Below, one piece after another: positions 21,279 through 30,900 of a DNA stretch of 64,000 bases. A program made the translations under genes and the position numbers. Origin of the DNA: Clostridia bacterium (GTDB taxonomy: Bacteria; Bacillota; Clostridia; RUG12999); assembly GCA_045633565.1 (NCBI GenBank), contig JAZQYO010000013.1:1087-65086 (forward strand), read 5' to 3'. The first letter of the stretch is position 1; each line of letters starts with the position of its first letter. Below the pieces are notes generated by a model that was not told the origin of the DNA, ran no database searches, and saw only the letters and a list, made by a program, of their open reading frames with translations.

Positions 21279-21905
21279 CTATACGTGCTCGATTACTACT
21301 CTTCTGTTGGGTTCTTCTCCAACGCTTACTGTCTGAATAAGCTTGTTGTTCTGGAGAGTGGAATGAATAATTCTTCTTTCACCGGGGCTCATTGGTTCGA
21401 GAGTAATACTCTCACCGGTTTTAACAACCTGAGAACCAAGTCTTCTTGCAAGTTTTACAAGAGTTTCTTTTCTTTTTGCCCGGTAGTTTTCGGTATCAAG
21501 AACTATTTTAACATATTCTTTGCTCGCCTTGTTAATGTAAAGGCTTGTAAGATACTGGAGAGCATCTAAAGTATCACCGTGTCTGCCAATTAAAATTCCC
21601 ATATTGGGACCGCTCATGGTGATAACAACTTTATCTTCGGAATCTCTTTCTACATCATATTTAACATCATCGCAAATTCTTGAAACCATTGAGGACAAGA
21701 ATTTAACTGCTTTATTTTCTACAGAGATTGTGCCGTAAATGCGGACGCAGGCTTCTTTTGCGCCAAGGCCCAAAAAGCCTTTGCTGCCTTCGTCAATAAT
21801 TTCAATTTCCGCTTCTTCTCTTGAAAGACCAAGCTCAGCGAGGCCTTCATTTATTGCGTCGTCCAGGTTTTTTCCTACCTTTACGAGTGGAGTCGAGTTC
21901 TTCAT
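21279..21905 (-). CDS. jag: Jag/KhpB (EloR) RNA-binding protein
   Basis: Jag_N (KGFLGLG), KH (LIGRHG.TLDALQ), R3H (ERRIIH). Confidence 0.93.
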   Translation of the reverse strand: MKNSTPLVKVGKNLDDAINEGLAELGLSREEAEIEIIDEGSKGFLGLGAKEACVRIYGTISVENKAVKFLSSMVSRICDDVKYDVERDSEDKVVITMSGPNMGILIGRHGDTLDALQYLTSLYINKASKEYVKIVLDTENYRAKRKETLVKLARRLGSQVVKTGESITLEPMSPGERRIIHSTLQNNKLIQTVSVGEEPNRRVVIEHV

Positions 21906-22740
21906 TTTCTATAGCCATCCTTTCCCTAATTTTAGGAACGTAGTATTTGTTGAGTACAAACTGCTGTCCCATCTGGAAAATATTACTTGCAATCCAGTAG
22001 AGGCCAACGCCTGCGGGCAGCATAAACGCAAACCACACGGTCATAAAAGGCATAATGTTCATCATAGTATTTGTGGTCTGGTTGGGGTCTTTTTCTCCGG
22101 GTCTTGGGGGACGTTTGTTTGGATTATCGTCCTTCTTTTTGGCGGTTACATTCATGAGCTTTGATGAGAGCCATGTTGTAAGACCTGCAAGCGCAGGGAT
22201 AACCCAGATAATATTGGGGTTTTTAAATTCCGGTGTTATTGAAAGGTCAAGACCGAAAAATCCGTAATTTATAGCAAACTCTTTGCCAACCTCGGCGAGT
22301 TTTGCTGTAAGAGCAATTTCCTCACTGCCTTTTGCAGCTGTAATTCCGTACTCTTTGATAAGAGCTGCCACCGTATCGGCAGACTGACCCCAGATATATG
22401 TCAGCGGTTCTCTGATTACATAGTAAAGTGCGAAAATAATAGGAAGCTGAATAAGCATGGGAAGACAACCCGAAAATGGGCTGATATTATACTTTTTATA
22501 AAGCTTCATACTTTCTTCACTGAATTTTTCCCTGTTGTCACCATACTGCTTCTGCAGAGCATCAAGCTTAGGCTTTATAAGCTGAGTCTGAGCCATTGTC
22601 TTCTGCTGCTTGAGTGTCAGCGGGAAAAGAATGAATTTTGTTATAAGAGTAAACAGAATTATGGATGTTCCGTAGTTTTGAACAAATAAATAGATATATT
22701 TAAGTAACCATCCAAGAGGAATACAAATAATATCAAACAT
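21847..22740 (-). CDS. yidC: Membrane protein insertase YidC/SpoIIIJ
   Basis: NYG.SIILFT, P..GCLPMLIQLPI, PAGVGLYW. Confidence 0.93.
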   Translation of the reverse strand: MFDIICIPLGWLLKYIYLFVQNYGTSIILFTLITKFILFPLTLKQQKTMAQTQLIKPKLDALQKQYGDNREKFSEESMKLYKKYNISPFSGCLPMLIQLPIIFALYYVIREPLTYIWGQSADTVAALIKEYGITAAKGSEEIALTAKLAEVGKEFAINYGFFGLDLSITPEFKNPNIIWVIPALAGLTTWLSSKLMNVTAKKKDDNPNKRPPRPGEKDPNQTTNTMMNIMPFMTVWFAFMLPAGVGLYWIASNIFQMGQQFVLNKYYVPKIRERMAIENEELDSTRKGRKKPGRRNK

Positions 22741-22764
22741 AGTTTAATGTCCAACCTTTCGTAG

Positions 22765-22974
22765 TTATGGCAAGGGGTCGTATCCGCTTTTAGAAAACGG
22801 ATTACATCTTAAAAGCCGCCATATAGTAAGCCGTAGTGCTTTGAAAAATCCGTACTTTTCAAAAGCCTCTTTAGCATACTCTGAACAAGTAGGGGTAAAT
22901 CTGCAACAGGGCGGCTTGTTCGGGGATATGTGATTTCTGTAAAAATTCAAAATAGCCAGCACAAATTTATTCAT
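22765..22974 (-). CDS. yidD: Membrane protein insertion efficiency factor
   Basis: ISP..PPCCRFTPTCSEY...RLLRCNPF..GYDP. Confidence 0.95.
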   Translation of the reverse strand: MNKFVLAILNFYRNHISPNKPPCCRFTPTCSEYAKEAFEKYGFFKALRLTIWRLLRCNPFSKSGYDPLP

Positions 22975-23314
22975 AATCTGTCACCAGCATGTCCAGCTTT
23001 TTCATAAGCTTCAAAAAAGAAGCGCTTATGGCGTGAAAATCGGCATTTACAATATTTTTCCTTGCCACTATCACAATATCATAACCCGATTTCACCTGTT
23101 CTTCGTTTAATCTGTAATTTTCTTTTATAAGGCGTTTTGTGCGGTTCCTTACAACTGCACAGCCTGTCTTTTTGCTCACCGTAATTCCAAGTCTGTTAAT
23201 TCCAATTCTGTTAGGCAAAAAGTATATTACGATGTTTTTATCGCTGCAGCTTGTACCTTTTGAGTATAGACGCTGAAACATGCCGTTTCTGTTTAAAGAT
23301 ATAGTATGTTTCAT
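22967..23314 (-). CDS. rnpA: RNase P protein component
   Basis: RLGITVSKK.G.AV.RNR.KR. Confidence 0.95.
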   Translation of the reverse strand: MKHTISLNRNGMFQRLYSKGTSCSDKNIVIYFLPNRIGINRLGITVSKKTGCAVVRNRTKRLIKENYRLNEEQVKSGYDIVIVARKNIVNADFHAISASFLKLMKKLDMLVTDYE

Positions 23315-23389
23315 TATAAATTAAAAAAAGCGAGACTTAACGTGCCCGCTTTAAAACAGAATCATAAGATTTACCGACAGCGGTAAATC

Positions 23390-23524
23390 TTACGCTGTTA
23401 AGGTTTTTCTACCTTTCAGTCTTCTGCGTGCCAAAACCTTTCTGCCGCTTGATGTTGACATTCTTTTTCTGAAACCATGTTCTTTTTTTCTCTGTCTTTT
23501 TTTAGGCTGGTATGTTCTAAGCAT
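23390..23524 (-). CDS. rpmH: 50S ribosomal protein L34
   Basis: [22 protein letters not shown]...RR.KGRK.L; start at 23524 after GGGAGGTG. Confidence 0.97.
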   Translation of the reverse strand: MLRTYQPKKRQRKKEHGFRKRMSTSSGRKVLARRRLKGRKTLTA

Positions 23525-23578
23525 TGCAGTCACCTCCCAATCAAATAAATATCTCAATAGATACAAAGTGCACATACT

Positions 23579-23607
23579 ATTATACATCAAACAAAGCGGC
23601 TTGTCAA
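23579..23607 (-). promoter_or_regulatory. SigA promoter of the rpmH operon
   Basis: Perfect TTGACA-17-TATAAT on the minus strand. Confidence 0.75.
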
Positions 23608-23675
23608 CAATTTTTTGCTCTTTTTCCTTATTTAACATAAAAAAAGAAAATCCGCCTGAAAAAGGCGGATTAATA

Positions 23676-24590
23676 TTATTTGATTTTCTCAAGGTCAAAT
23701 GGAGTAATCTGGTAAACATAATAGTTGAGCCAGTTGGAAAAAAGCAGTGCCGCATGGCTGCGCCATGAAACAATTGGCGGCTTACTTGGGTTATCATTCG
23801 GATAATAGTTTTCCGGAACTTTTATATCCAGACCTTTTGCAGTGTCACGCATATATTCCTCATGGAGCGTCAGCGCATCATATTCAGAGTGACCGGTTAC
23901 GAAAAACTGTTTCCCGCCCTTATAGCCGGCGATATAAACGCCCGCCCTGTCGCTTTCGGCATAAATCCTGAGACCTGCATTTAAAACATCCTCACGTCTG
24001 ATGGTTGTATATCTTGAATGAGGAGCAAAAAATGTATCATCATAACCACGCAAAAGCTTGGTGTTTTTCCGTGTAACTTTATGTTTATATATGCCGGACA
24101 GTTTTTCTTCAAGAGGATATTTATTTATGCCGTAATGATAATACATTGCTGCCTGAGCACCCCAGCATATATGGAATGTACTTGTAACATTTGTTTTTGT
24201 CCACTCGAAAATATCGCAAAGCTCGTCCCAGTAGTCAACCTGTTCAAAAGGCATTTGTTCTACAGGCGCTCCGGTTATAATCATTCCGTCGTACTTATTG
24301 TTTTTAACATCCGAAAAGGTTTTGTAAAACTGAAGCAGATGCTCCTCGGAAGTGTTTTTTGAACGGTGAGACTCGGGACGTACCAGATCAATTTCAACCT
24401 GCAGAGGAGTATTACTGAGCAGTCTTAAAAGCTGTGTTTCCGTCGTAATTTTTGTGGGCATTAAATTTAAAATTAAAATTTTAAGCGGACGGATGTCCTG
24501 ACTTGCGGCTCTGCGCTGGGACATGACAAATATGTTCTCACTTTGAAGAACTTTTCTTGCCGGGAGCTCATTTGAAATGGTAATTGGCAT
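23676..24590 (-). CDS. metA: Homoserine O-acyltransferase MetA (likely acetyltransferase)
   Basis: MPI.I...[36 protein letters not shown]. Confidence 0.93.
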   Translation of the reverse strand: MPITISNELPARKVLQSENIFVMSQRRAASQDIRPLKILILNLMPTKITTETQLLRLLSNTPLQVEIDLVRPESHRSKNTSEEHLLQFYKTFSDVKNNKYDGMIITGAPVEQMPFEQVDYWDELCDIFEWTKTNVTSTFHICWGAQAAMYYHYGINKYPLEEKLSGIYKHKVTRKNTKLLRGYDDTFFAPHSRYTTIRREDVLNAGLRIYAESDRAGVYIAGYKGGKQFFVTGHSEYDALTLHEEYMRDTAKGLDIKVPENYYPNDNPSKPPIVSWRSHAALLFSNWLNYYVYQITPFDLEKIK

Positions 24591-24706
24591 TAAGCCGCAC
24601 CTCACTTTCAGAATAATTTATGAATATATTTGATATTATATCAAAAAATATACAGGATAGCAATAGCAAAATAAATAAAAATTTTAACAGAAGAAGGGGT
24701 TAAAAC

Positions 24707-25387
24707 ATGTCAAACGAAAATCAGAAACAGGAAGAAAAGAACCTGAAGGATTTCGGTTCTATGAACATAAAAGGCAGACACGGAAACATTTTCTGCATTT
24801 CAATTATCGGACAGATTGAAGGACATATAGAACTGTCCGGTGAAAATAAAACCACAAAATATGAGCATCTTATACCGCTTATTGTTGCGATTGAGGAGGA
24901 TGAAAACATTGATGGAATTCTGGTAATTTTAAACACTATGGGCGGTGATGTGGAAGCCGGACTTGCGATAGCAGAGCTGATAGCAGGTATGAGCAAACCT
25001 ACAGTTTCCCTTGTGCTTGGTGGAGGTCACAGCATAGGCGTGCCGCTTGCGGTGGCAGCGGATTATTCATTCATTGCGCCGTCTGCAACTATGACAATTC
25101 ATCCTGTCAGAACGAGCGGAATAGTGCTAAGCACATCCCAGTCCTTTGATTATCTTATAAAAATGCAGGATAGAGTGCTTAATTTCATAGTCAGCCACTC
25201 TGATATCGGAAAAGAAAAACTGAGAGAGCTTATGCTTGCAACATCAAACCTTGCCAACGATGCCGGAACGGTAATTTACGGTGGCCAGGCGGTAGAATGT
25301 GGGCTTATAAACGGAGAAGGGACAATCTCCGATGCACTTTCAAAGTTGCAGCAGCTTATAAAGGAAACAAAAAAAGGAGATGCATAA
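24707..25387 (+). CDS. tepA: ClpP-like translocation-enhancing protein TepA
   Basis: IIGQIEGH...[33 protein letters not shown]. Confidence 0.85.
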   Translation: MSNENQKQEEKNLKDFGSMNIKGRHGNIFCISIIGQIEGHIELSGENKTTKYEHLIPLIVAIEEDENIDGILVILNTMGGDVEAGLAIAELIAGMSKPTVSLVLGGGHSIGVPLAVAADYSFIAPSATMTIHPVRTSGIVLSTSQSFDYLIKMQDRVLNFIVSHSDIGKEKLRELMLATSNLANDAGTVIYGGQAVECGLINGEGTISDALSKLQQLIKETKKGDA

Positions 25388-25413
25388 GCACCTCCTTTAA
25401 ATTTCAGAAAAAA

Positions 25414-26892
25414 TTATTTATTTTTCTTCCATTCGTCGTACTGTCTCTGAGCTTCAGCGATGATTTCCTGAGCGCCAACTTTGTTCATAGCAGCGATAAA
25501 TTCAGGAAGTTTCACTTCAGGGTCAACAGCGCCTACAACGATAGCTTTGAAAAATTCATTCCAAACGTTGTTAACTGCTGCGATCTGGCCCTGAACAGGC
25601 TGCGGGTCAAATGAGAAACCGATAGCACCGGATTTAATAGCGTTTGCATCAAATTCCTGATATTTTTCCCAAATGTCTTCAGGGATACCCGGGTCAGTTC
25701 TTAAGATGTAACGGTTACCTGTATCGGAAATTGATGAAGAGTAACCAGTGTCAACTTTGTTTTCAAAGCCTTCAGGAAGCTTCCATTTGTTGTCGCCATC
25801 AGCTACCCAGTGTTTGCCTTCGATACCGTAAGCAATGGTATTTCTTACATATACATCGTTGTAAACGAGGTTAATAAATTCCATTGTTCTTTCAGGGTTG
25901 AGACAAGTTGCGGGCATTGCAAGACCACACATTGTAACCTGAGTTGTACCCATTCTGGGTGTGCAGAGGTTAAAGTTATATACGTCTTTGTCCGGATCAC
26001 CGTCAGGTTTGCTATCATTAATATAAGGCAGATATTCAGCATGACCTGCAAGATAGTTTCCGAGTTTGTAGATGTCTGAAGAACTTGTTGATGTATCAGC
26101 GTTGCTGGGGATGTAACCTGCGTTGTACCAGCTTCTCATAAGAGTAGCAAGTTCTTTGAATGCATCTGTTTCGTAAATGTTAATAACTTTATCATAATTA
26201 TCAAATGTGAAACCTGCAACTACAGAACCATCAATTGTTTCCTGAGGGAGGAACTTCATGAGGTTGTAGTTACCTCTCATAACGAAACCGTACCAGTCGG
26301 GATGAGCAGCTTTTGCTTTTTCGATAATGGGAGTGAAGTCTGCAAGTGTTTTAGCTGCAAGATATTCTTCGCGGATACCGAGTTCATCAAGCTTTTTGTT
26401 CTGAATACCAACTACAGGCTGGAAAGCCCAGTCTTTAAGTACGGGAATACCATACTGTACGCCGCCAACTTTGTAGCAGTCAAGAGCATACTGCGGGAAG
26501 AGGTCTTTTGTCTGTTTACCAACCCCGTCAAGCAGCGGACCCATGTCCATGTAAGCGGACTGACGAGCGTTCTGCTGGAACTTGTTGTTTGTGGAAGCAT
26601 AGCACATGTCAATCTTTTCGCCGGAAGCAAAGAGAAGATTCATTTTCTCTGCATATTCAGCGCCCGCAAATGGTGTGTACTTAACTGTTACACCGATTTT
26701 TTCCTTAGTATATTTGCTGATTTCTTCATATACTAAGTTATGGTCGGGTCTGGGGGGTTCTGAGTTGTACCAAACAACTTCGTAGTTGCCGTCTGCATCA
26801 AGACCGGTTTTATTTCCGCCACAGCCTGCTACTGAAAGCACGAGAGCAAGTGCAAGGACAGCCGCGAAAATCTTTTTTACGTTTCCTTTCAT
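25414..26892 (-). CDS. Carbohydrate ABC substrate-binding lipoprotein with DUF3502 C-terminus (copy 1)
   Basis: Lipobox VAGC, YGIEGKHW, GF.FD..PV...IAA, C-terminal Q.QYDEW. Confidence 0.85.
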   Translation of the reverse strand: MKGNVKKIFAAVLALALVLSVAGCGGNKTGLDADGNYEVVWYNSEPPRPDHNLVYEEISKYTKEKIGVTVKYTPFAGAEYAEKMNLLFASGEKIDMCYASTNNKFQQNARQSAYMDMGPLLDGVGKQTKDLFPQYALDCYKVGGVQYGIPVLKDWAFQPVVGIQNKKLDELGIREEYLAAKTLADFTPIIEKAKAAHPDWYGFVMRGNYNLMKFLPQETIDGSVVAGFTFDNYDKVINIYETDAFKELATLMRSWYNAGYIPSNADTSTSSSDIYKLGNYLAGHAEYLPYINDSKPDGDPDKDVYNFNLCTPRMGTTQVTMCGLAMPATCLNPERTMEFINLVYNDVYVRNTIAYGIEGKHWVADGDNKWKLPEGFENKVDTGYSSSISDTGNRYILRTDPGIPEDIWEKYQEFDANAIKSGAIGFSFDPQPVQGQIAAVNNVWNEFFKAIVVGAVDPEVKLPEFIAAMNKVGAQEIIAEAQRQYDEWKKNK

Positions 26893-27019
26893 TTGAAAGT
26901 ATCCTCCTTTATATTTCTAGGTAATTTCATAATAACATAATTATTCAGTTATGTCAATAATTAAATATGTGAAAAATAAAAAGGAGATGCATGAGCATCT
27001 CCTTTAATTTCAGGAAGAA

Positions 27020-28507
27020 TTATTTATTTTTTCTCCATTCGTCATACTGTCTCTGAGCTTCAGCAATGATTTCCTGAGCACCAATGCTGTTAAGTTTGCT
27101 GATGAACTTAGGAAGTTCTGTTTCAGGGTCAACAGCACCTACAACGAGAGATTTGAAATATTCATTATAAACATTGTTTACAGCTGCAATCTGACCGGAA
27201 ACAGGCTGTGCATCAAATGCAAAACCAATAGCACCAGATTTGGTCGAATTTTCATTAAATTCCTGATATTTTTCCCATACATCAGCAGGTGTTTTGGGAG
27301 CAACTTTTAACAGATAGCGGTTACCGGAAACGTGAGATGAAGCCTGGAAACCGGTGTCTTTTAAAGTAGCAAAACCTTCAGGAATTGCATAATGATGTTC
27401 TCCATCAGCAACCCAGTGTTTACCTTCAATACCATAACCGGTTAAGTTTTTAACGTATTCGTCATGATAAATGAGATTGATGAATTCCATTGTTCTTTCG
27501 GGGTTAACGCAAGTCATAGGCATTGCAAGACCACATGCTGTAACCTGAGTTGTACCCATTCTGGGGCTTGTAAGATTAAGAGCATAGATGGTCTTTTCGG
27601 GGTCATCATCATCTTTTTCAGCACCATAGTAGGGCAGCCATTCGCCGTGAGCGGCAAAATAGTTGTTAAGCTTCTGGATGTCAGCATCGCTTGTGGATGT
27701 GTTAGCATCGTTCTTTATGTAACCTGCGTTATACCAGCTTCTTGTAAGCTCACAAAGTTCTCTGAATGCATCTGTTTCAAAAATGTTAATAACCTTGTCA
27801 TAGTTGTCATAAGTAAAACCTGCAACTACAGAACCATCAATTGTTTCCTGAGGAAGGAATTTCATAAGATGGTGGTTACCTCTCATGAGAAGACCGTAGT
27901 CTTTTTCGCGGCCCGGAACTGCTCTCCATTTTTCAAGAAGAGGAGTAAAGCCTGCGAGCGAATCTACACTTTGATATTCTTCCATGCTGATGCCTGCTTC
28001 GTCAAGTTTCCATCTTCTGGTAGCAACCATAGGCTGTGAAGCCCAGTCTTTAAGTGCAGGTATACCATACTGTACGCCGCCGATTTTAAAGCAGTCAAGA
28101 GCATAGTCGGGGAAGAGTGCTTTTGTCTTTTTACCAACAGAGTTAAGAACGGGGCTCATGTCCATATAAGCGGACTGACGAGCATACTGCTGGAATTTTG
28201 TGCCTGCAGAAGTAAAGCACATATCAATCTTTTCGCCGGAAGCAAAAAGAAGGTTCATTTTTTCTGCATATTCAGCACTTGAAAATGGTGTGTATTTAAC
28301 TGTTACACCAATTTTTTCTTTGGTATATTTGCTGAGTTCTTCATATACCAGCTGGTGGTCCGGCTGAGGGGTTTCGTAGTTGTACCAAACAACTTCGTAG
28401 TTACCTTCTGCATCAAGACCATTTTTATTTTCGCCACAGCCTGCTACTGAAAGCACAAGTGCCAGTGCAAGGACGGCTGCGAAAATCTTTTTTACGTTTC
28501 CTTTCAT
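27020..28507 (-). CDS. Carbohydrate ABC substrate-binding lipoprotein with DUF3502 C-terminus (copy 2)
   Basis: Paralog of 25414-26892 with an identical signal peptide and long identical blocks. Confidence 0.85.
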   Translation of the reverse strand: MKGNVKKIFAAVLALALVLSVAGCGENKNGLDAEGNYEVVWYNYETPQPDHQLVYEELSKYTKEKIGVTVKYTPFSSAEYAEKMNLLFASGEKIDMCFTSAGTKFQQYARQSAYMDMSPVLNSVGKKTKALFPDYALDCFKIGGVQYGIPALKDWASQPMVATRRWKLDEAGISMEEYQSVDSLAGFTPLLEKWRAVPGREKDYGLLMRGNHHLMKFLPQETIDGSVVAGFTYDNYDKVINIFETDAFRELCELTRSWYNAGYIKNDANTSTSDADIQKLNNYFAAHGEWLPYYGAEKDDDDPEKTIYALNLTSPRMGTTQVTACGLAMPMTCVNPERTMEFINLIYHDEYVKNLTGYGIEGKHWVADGEHHYAIPEGFATLKDTGFQASSHVSGNRYLLKVAPKTPADVWEKYQEFNENSTKSGAIGFAFDAQPVSGQIAAVNNVYNEYFKSLVVGAVDPETELPKFISKLNSIGAQEIIAEAQRQYDEWRKNK

Positions 28508-28585
28508 TTGAAAGTAGCCTCCTTTAATGTTTTTATATAATTTTTATATAAACAATTTTATCACTCACGGAAAAGAAAGTCAATG

Positions 28586-29242
28586 TTACAAATTATTGCA
28601 CAATATGGTTTTTGCAACATCATCAGGAGAGTCGCAGATAAAATGGGCTCCGGCACCTGAAAGCTCACCGCATGCAGCATAGCCGTATGTGACACCGACA
28701 GATATAATACCTGCCTGCTTTGCACCTTCAATATCCTGATGTCTGTCACCAACCATCACAATATCTGATTTTGGAATGGGTGAAAGTGAAGATAAAACAT
28801 CGTCAATAATCTGTTTTTTTGTATGTTTTTTGCCCTCCAGGTCGCTGCCTGCTATAACCGAAAAATAATTGCTGAGAGAAAATCTTTCAAGAATTTTTTC
28901 AACAAAAACAAGTGGTTTTAAACTCGCAACGGCAAGAGTACAGCCGGCATTTTTAAGTGCCTCAAGCATTTGAGGAACACCGTCATAAACACGATTTTCA
29001 AACATGCCGACTGTCGAAAAACGCTCGCGGTATTTTTTTAGTGCCAACTCCGCATTTTCTTTTGTCATTCCAAACCGTCGAATGAAAGAATCCACAAGCG
29101 GCGGACCGATAAAGTCCAAAAGCTCATCTGCCGGTGGCGGGTCAATGCCGACAAAAGGGAGAGCATACCGAACGCAGCCGGTAATGCCTTCTTTCGGGTC
29201 AGTTAAAGTTCCGTCCAGGTCAAACAGTATATATTTATACAT
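28586..29242 (-). CDS. HAD-superfamily phosphatase
   Basis: FDLDGTL.D motif I, FIGPPL, MVGDR..D motif IV. Confidence 0.88.
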   Translation of the reverse strand: MYKYILFDLDGTLTDPKEGITGCVRYALPFVGIDPPPADELLDFIGPPLVDSFIRRFGMTKENAELALKKYRERFSTVGMFENRVYDGVPQMLEALKNAGCTLAVASLKPLVFVEKILERFSLSNYFSVIAGSDLEGKKHTKKQIIDDVLSSLSPIPKSDIVMVGDRHQDIEGAKQAGIISVGVTYGYAACGELSGAGAHFICDSPDDVAKTILCNNL

Positions 29243-29251
29243 TTGAGAACC

Positions 29252-30508
29252 TCAAATTTTTATCATATCTTTAAGTCTGAGCAGGGTAAGACGACGGCGC
29301 ATATAAGGTGAGTATTCGGTGCAGTCGCTAAACAGCTTTTCACTTTTGCCGATGTCTTTAACAGTCAGCTTACAACCGGCCTTTTTCATTGCCGCAAGGC
29401 ACTGCTCATAAGAGGGTACGCTGCGAATGATTTTAACAATTTCCGGCCAGGATTTTCTCAACTTTTCAGGGTCAACAAGGTCGGTGATTGTGTCGGGTGT
29501 GTTAAGCTTTCTCACATCTTCCTCCATAGAACCGTAGAAACTGTAAATATCATCCCAGTTAACGTCCTCTTTTTGCGTTTCTATTGAGTCGTGCTCAGCA
29601 AGGTGATTATAATATTTAAGCATGGTAAGAGTACCCACGCCCACATCATCACCATGGTAGTTGGGGATAATATTGTCCCTGAGTTCAATACATTCCAGAA
29701 GGTGGGAAATGATATGCTCGCTGCCACTTGCGGGACGGGAATTTTGCGCAAAACTCATTCCCACGCCTGTTTTTAAAAGAGCTTCAAATATTTTGCCGGC
29801 AGTGTGTTCATCATTTACTGTCACCTTGTCTGCCATTTCCATCAGTTCGTCAACGGCGGTGCGTGTGAGTGAAGCGATTTTTTCACAATAATATTCGCCG
29901 ATTAAAAGGTTGGAAATCTTCCAGTCAATAAGACCTACATATTTGGCAATCATATCGCCGAAACCGGCAGATTTAAGCTCTGCAGGGGCAGCGGCTAAAA
30001 TCTTTGTATCGCCGATTATAACCTCAGGACTTTTTGCATCGTAACTGGATTTGAAACCGTTTGCAACGATGGGTGCGCCGTAGGATGCAAAACCATCCAT
30101 AGACGGGGCGGTAGCAAAAATGCATAAAAGTTTATTTTGTCTTGCAGCAGCAAGGCGACAGGGGTCGTTAACCGAGCCTGTACCAACAGACAGAATTGAA
30201 ACATCCCTGTCTTTAACAAGGTTTTCCAGTTCCTCCACGTGCTCCATGGTGGCAACACGCAGATTATCATAAATTTTATATTCAACGTCAAATCCTGAAA
30301 GACTTTTTTCAATCCCTTCAGCTGCATGAAGAGTGTTTTTGTCAGCCACCAGAAGAATGGTTGGGGCGAAGTGGTTTTCTTTTAAAATATCACCAACAAC
30401 ATCAACCAGTCCCGAAGCAATTCTTATATCACAAATAGCGGTAGTATGCTCTTTTCCACAGGGGCAGGGTTTTTTAAAATCTTTAATTATATTGAGTATA
30501 TCAGACAT
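29252..30508 (-). CDS. sn-glycerol-1-phosphate dehydrogenase (AraM/EgsA-like)
   Basis: CPCGKEH, VGTGSVND, TAPSMDG, SGFGD-like AGFGD, SRPASGSEH..SH, HG..VG. Confidence 0.82.
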   Translation of the reverse strand: MSDILNIIKDFKKPCPCGKEHTTAICDIRIASGLVDVVGDILKENHFAPTILLVADKNTLHAAEGIEKSLSGFDVEYKIYDNLRVATMEHVEELENLVKDRDVSILSVGTGSVNDPCRLAAARQNKLLCIFATAPSMDGFASYGAPIVANGFKSSYDAKSPEVIIGDTKILAAAPAELKSAGFGDMIAKYVGLIDWKISNLLIGEYYCEKIASLTRTAVDELMEMADKVTVNDEHTAGKIFEALLKTGVGMSFAQNSRPASGSEHIISHLLECIELRDNIIPNYHGDDVGVGTLTMLKYYNHLAEHDSIETQKEDVNWDDIYSFYGSMEEDVRKLNTPDTITDLVDPEKLRKSWPEIVKIIRSVPSYEQCLAAMKKAGCKLTVKDIGKSEKLFSDCTEYSPYMRRRLTLLRLKDMIKI

Positions 30509-30625
30509 ATTTGCACCTCTTTTTTATATTATATCATTATTCTTAATGAACTTCAATAAGAAAAATCAAAAAGCAAAGTCAACTATAGAGTGAAAAAATC
30601 CGCACACGACTGTGTGCGGATCTTG

Positions 30626-30701
30626 TGGAGCTGATAACCAGATTCGAACTGGTGACCTCTTCCTTACCAAGGAAGTGCTCTGCCTACTGAGCTATATCAG
30701 C
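30626..30701 (-). tRNA. tRNA-Thr(GGT)
   Basis: GCTGATATAGCTCAGTAGGCAGAGCACTTCCTTGGTAAGGAAGAGGTCACCAGTTCGAATCTGGTTATCAGCTCCA: cloverleaf, GGT anticodon, encoded CCA; own promoter (TTGACA-17-TATAGT, 30718-30746) and terminator hairpin (~30593-30621). Confidence 0.97.
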
Positions 30702-30841
30702 GAAGGACAACATGGATACTATAGCATATATTTGCCCTTTTGTCAATATTTAATTTTTTGAAAACCCTTGAGAACAGACCGCCTGCAGATATTAGTATGA
30801 GGGCTTTGGACAGGGGTAGGATTTTGTCAAATGTTTATTGG

Positions 30842-30870
30842 TTGACATAAAGGTTTTAATATGATATTAT
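30842..30870 (+). promoter_or_regulatory. SigA promoter of the kinase-PqqD-peptidase cassette
   Basis: TTGACA-17-TATTAT with TGn extension. Confidence 0.65.
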
Positions 30871-30900
30871 TATGATAATGAAGATTAAGGAGAAATTGGT

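Noticed and set aside
21847-21905. 59-bp yidC/jag overlap as a possible frameshift
   Set aside because: Both proteins look complete; a basic YidC tail overlapping the jag start is plausible.
23525-23797. 135-aa extended rpmH ORF
   Set aside because: The extension crosses the promoter and the metA terminator; the real start is 23524 with a strong RBS.
24591-24706. SAM riboswitch or T-box upstream of metA
   Set aside because: The gap is ~115 bp, AT-rich and lacks the conserved motifs.
25414-28507. Diversity-generating retroelement TR/VR pair
   Set aside because: No reverse transcriptase, both copies are full genes, and differences are not confined to adenines.
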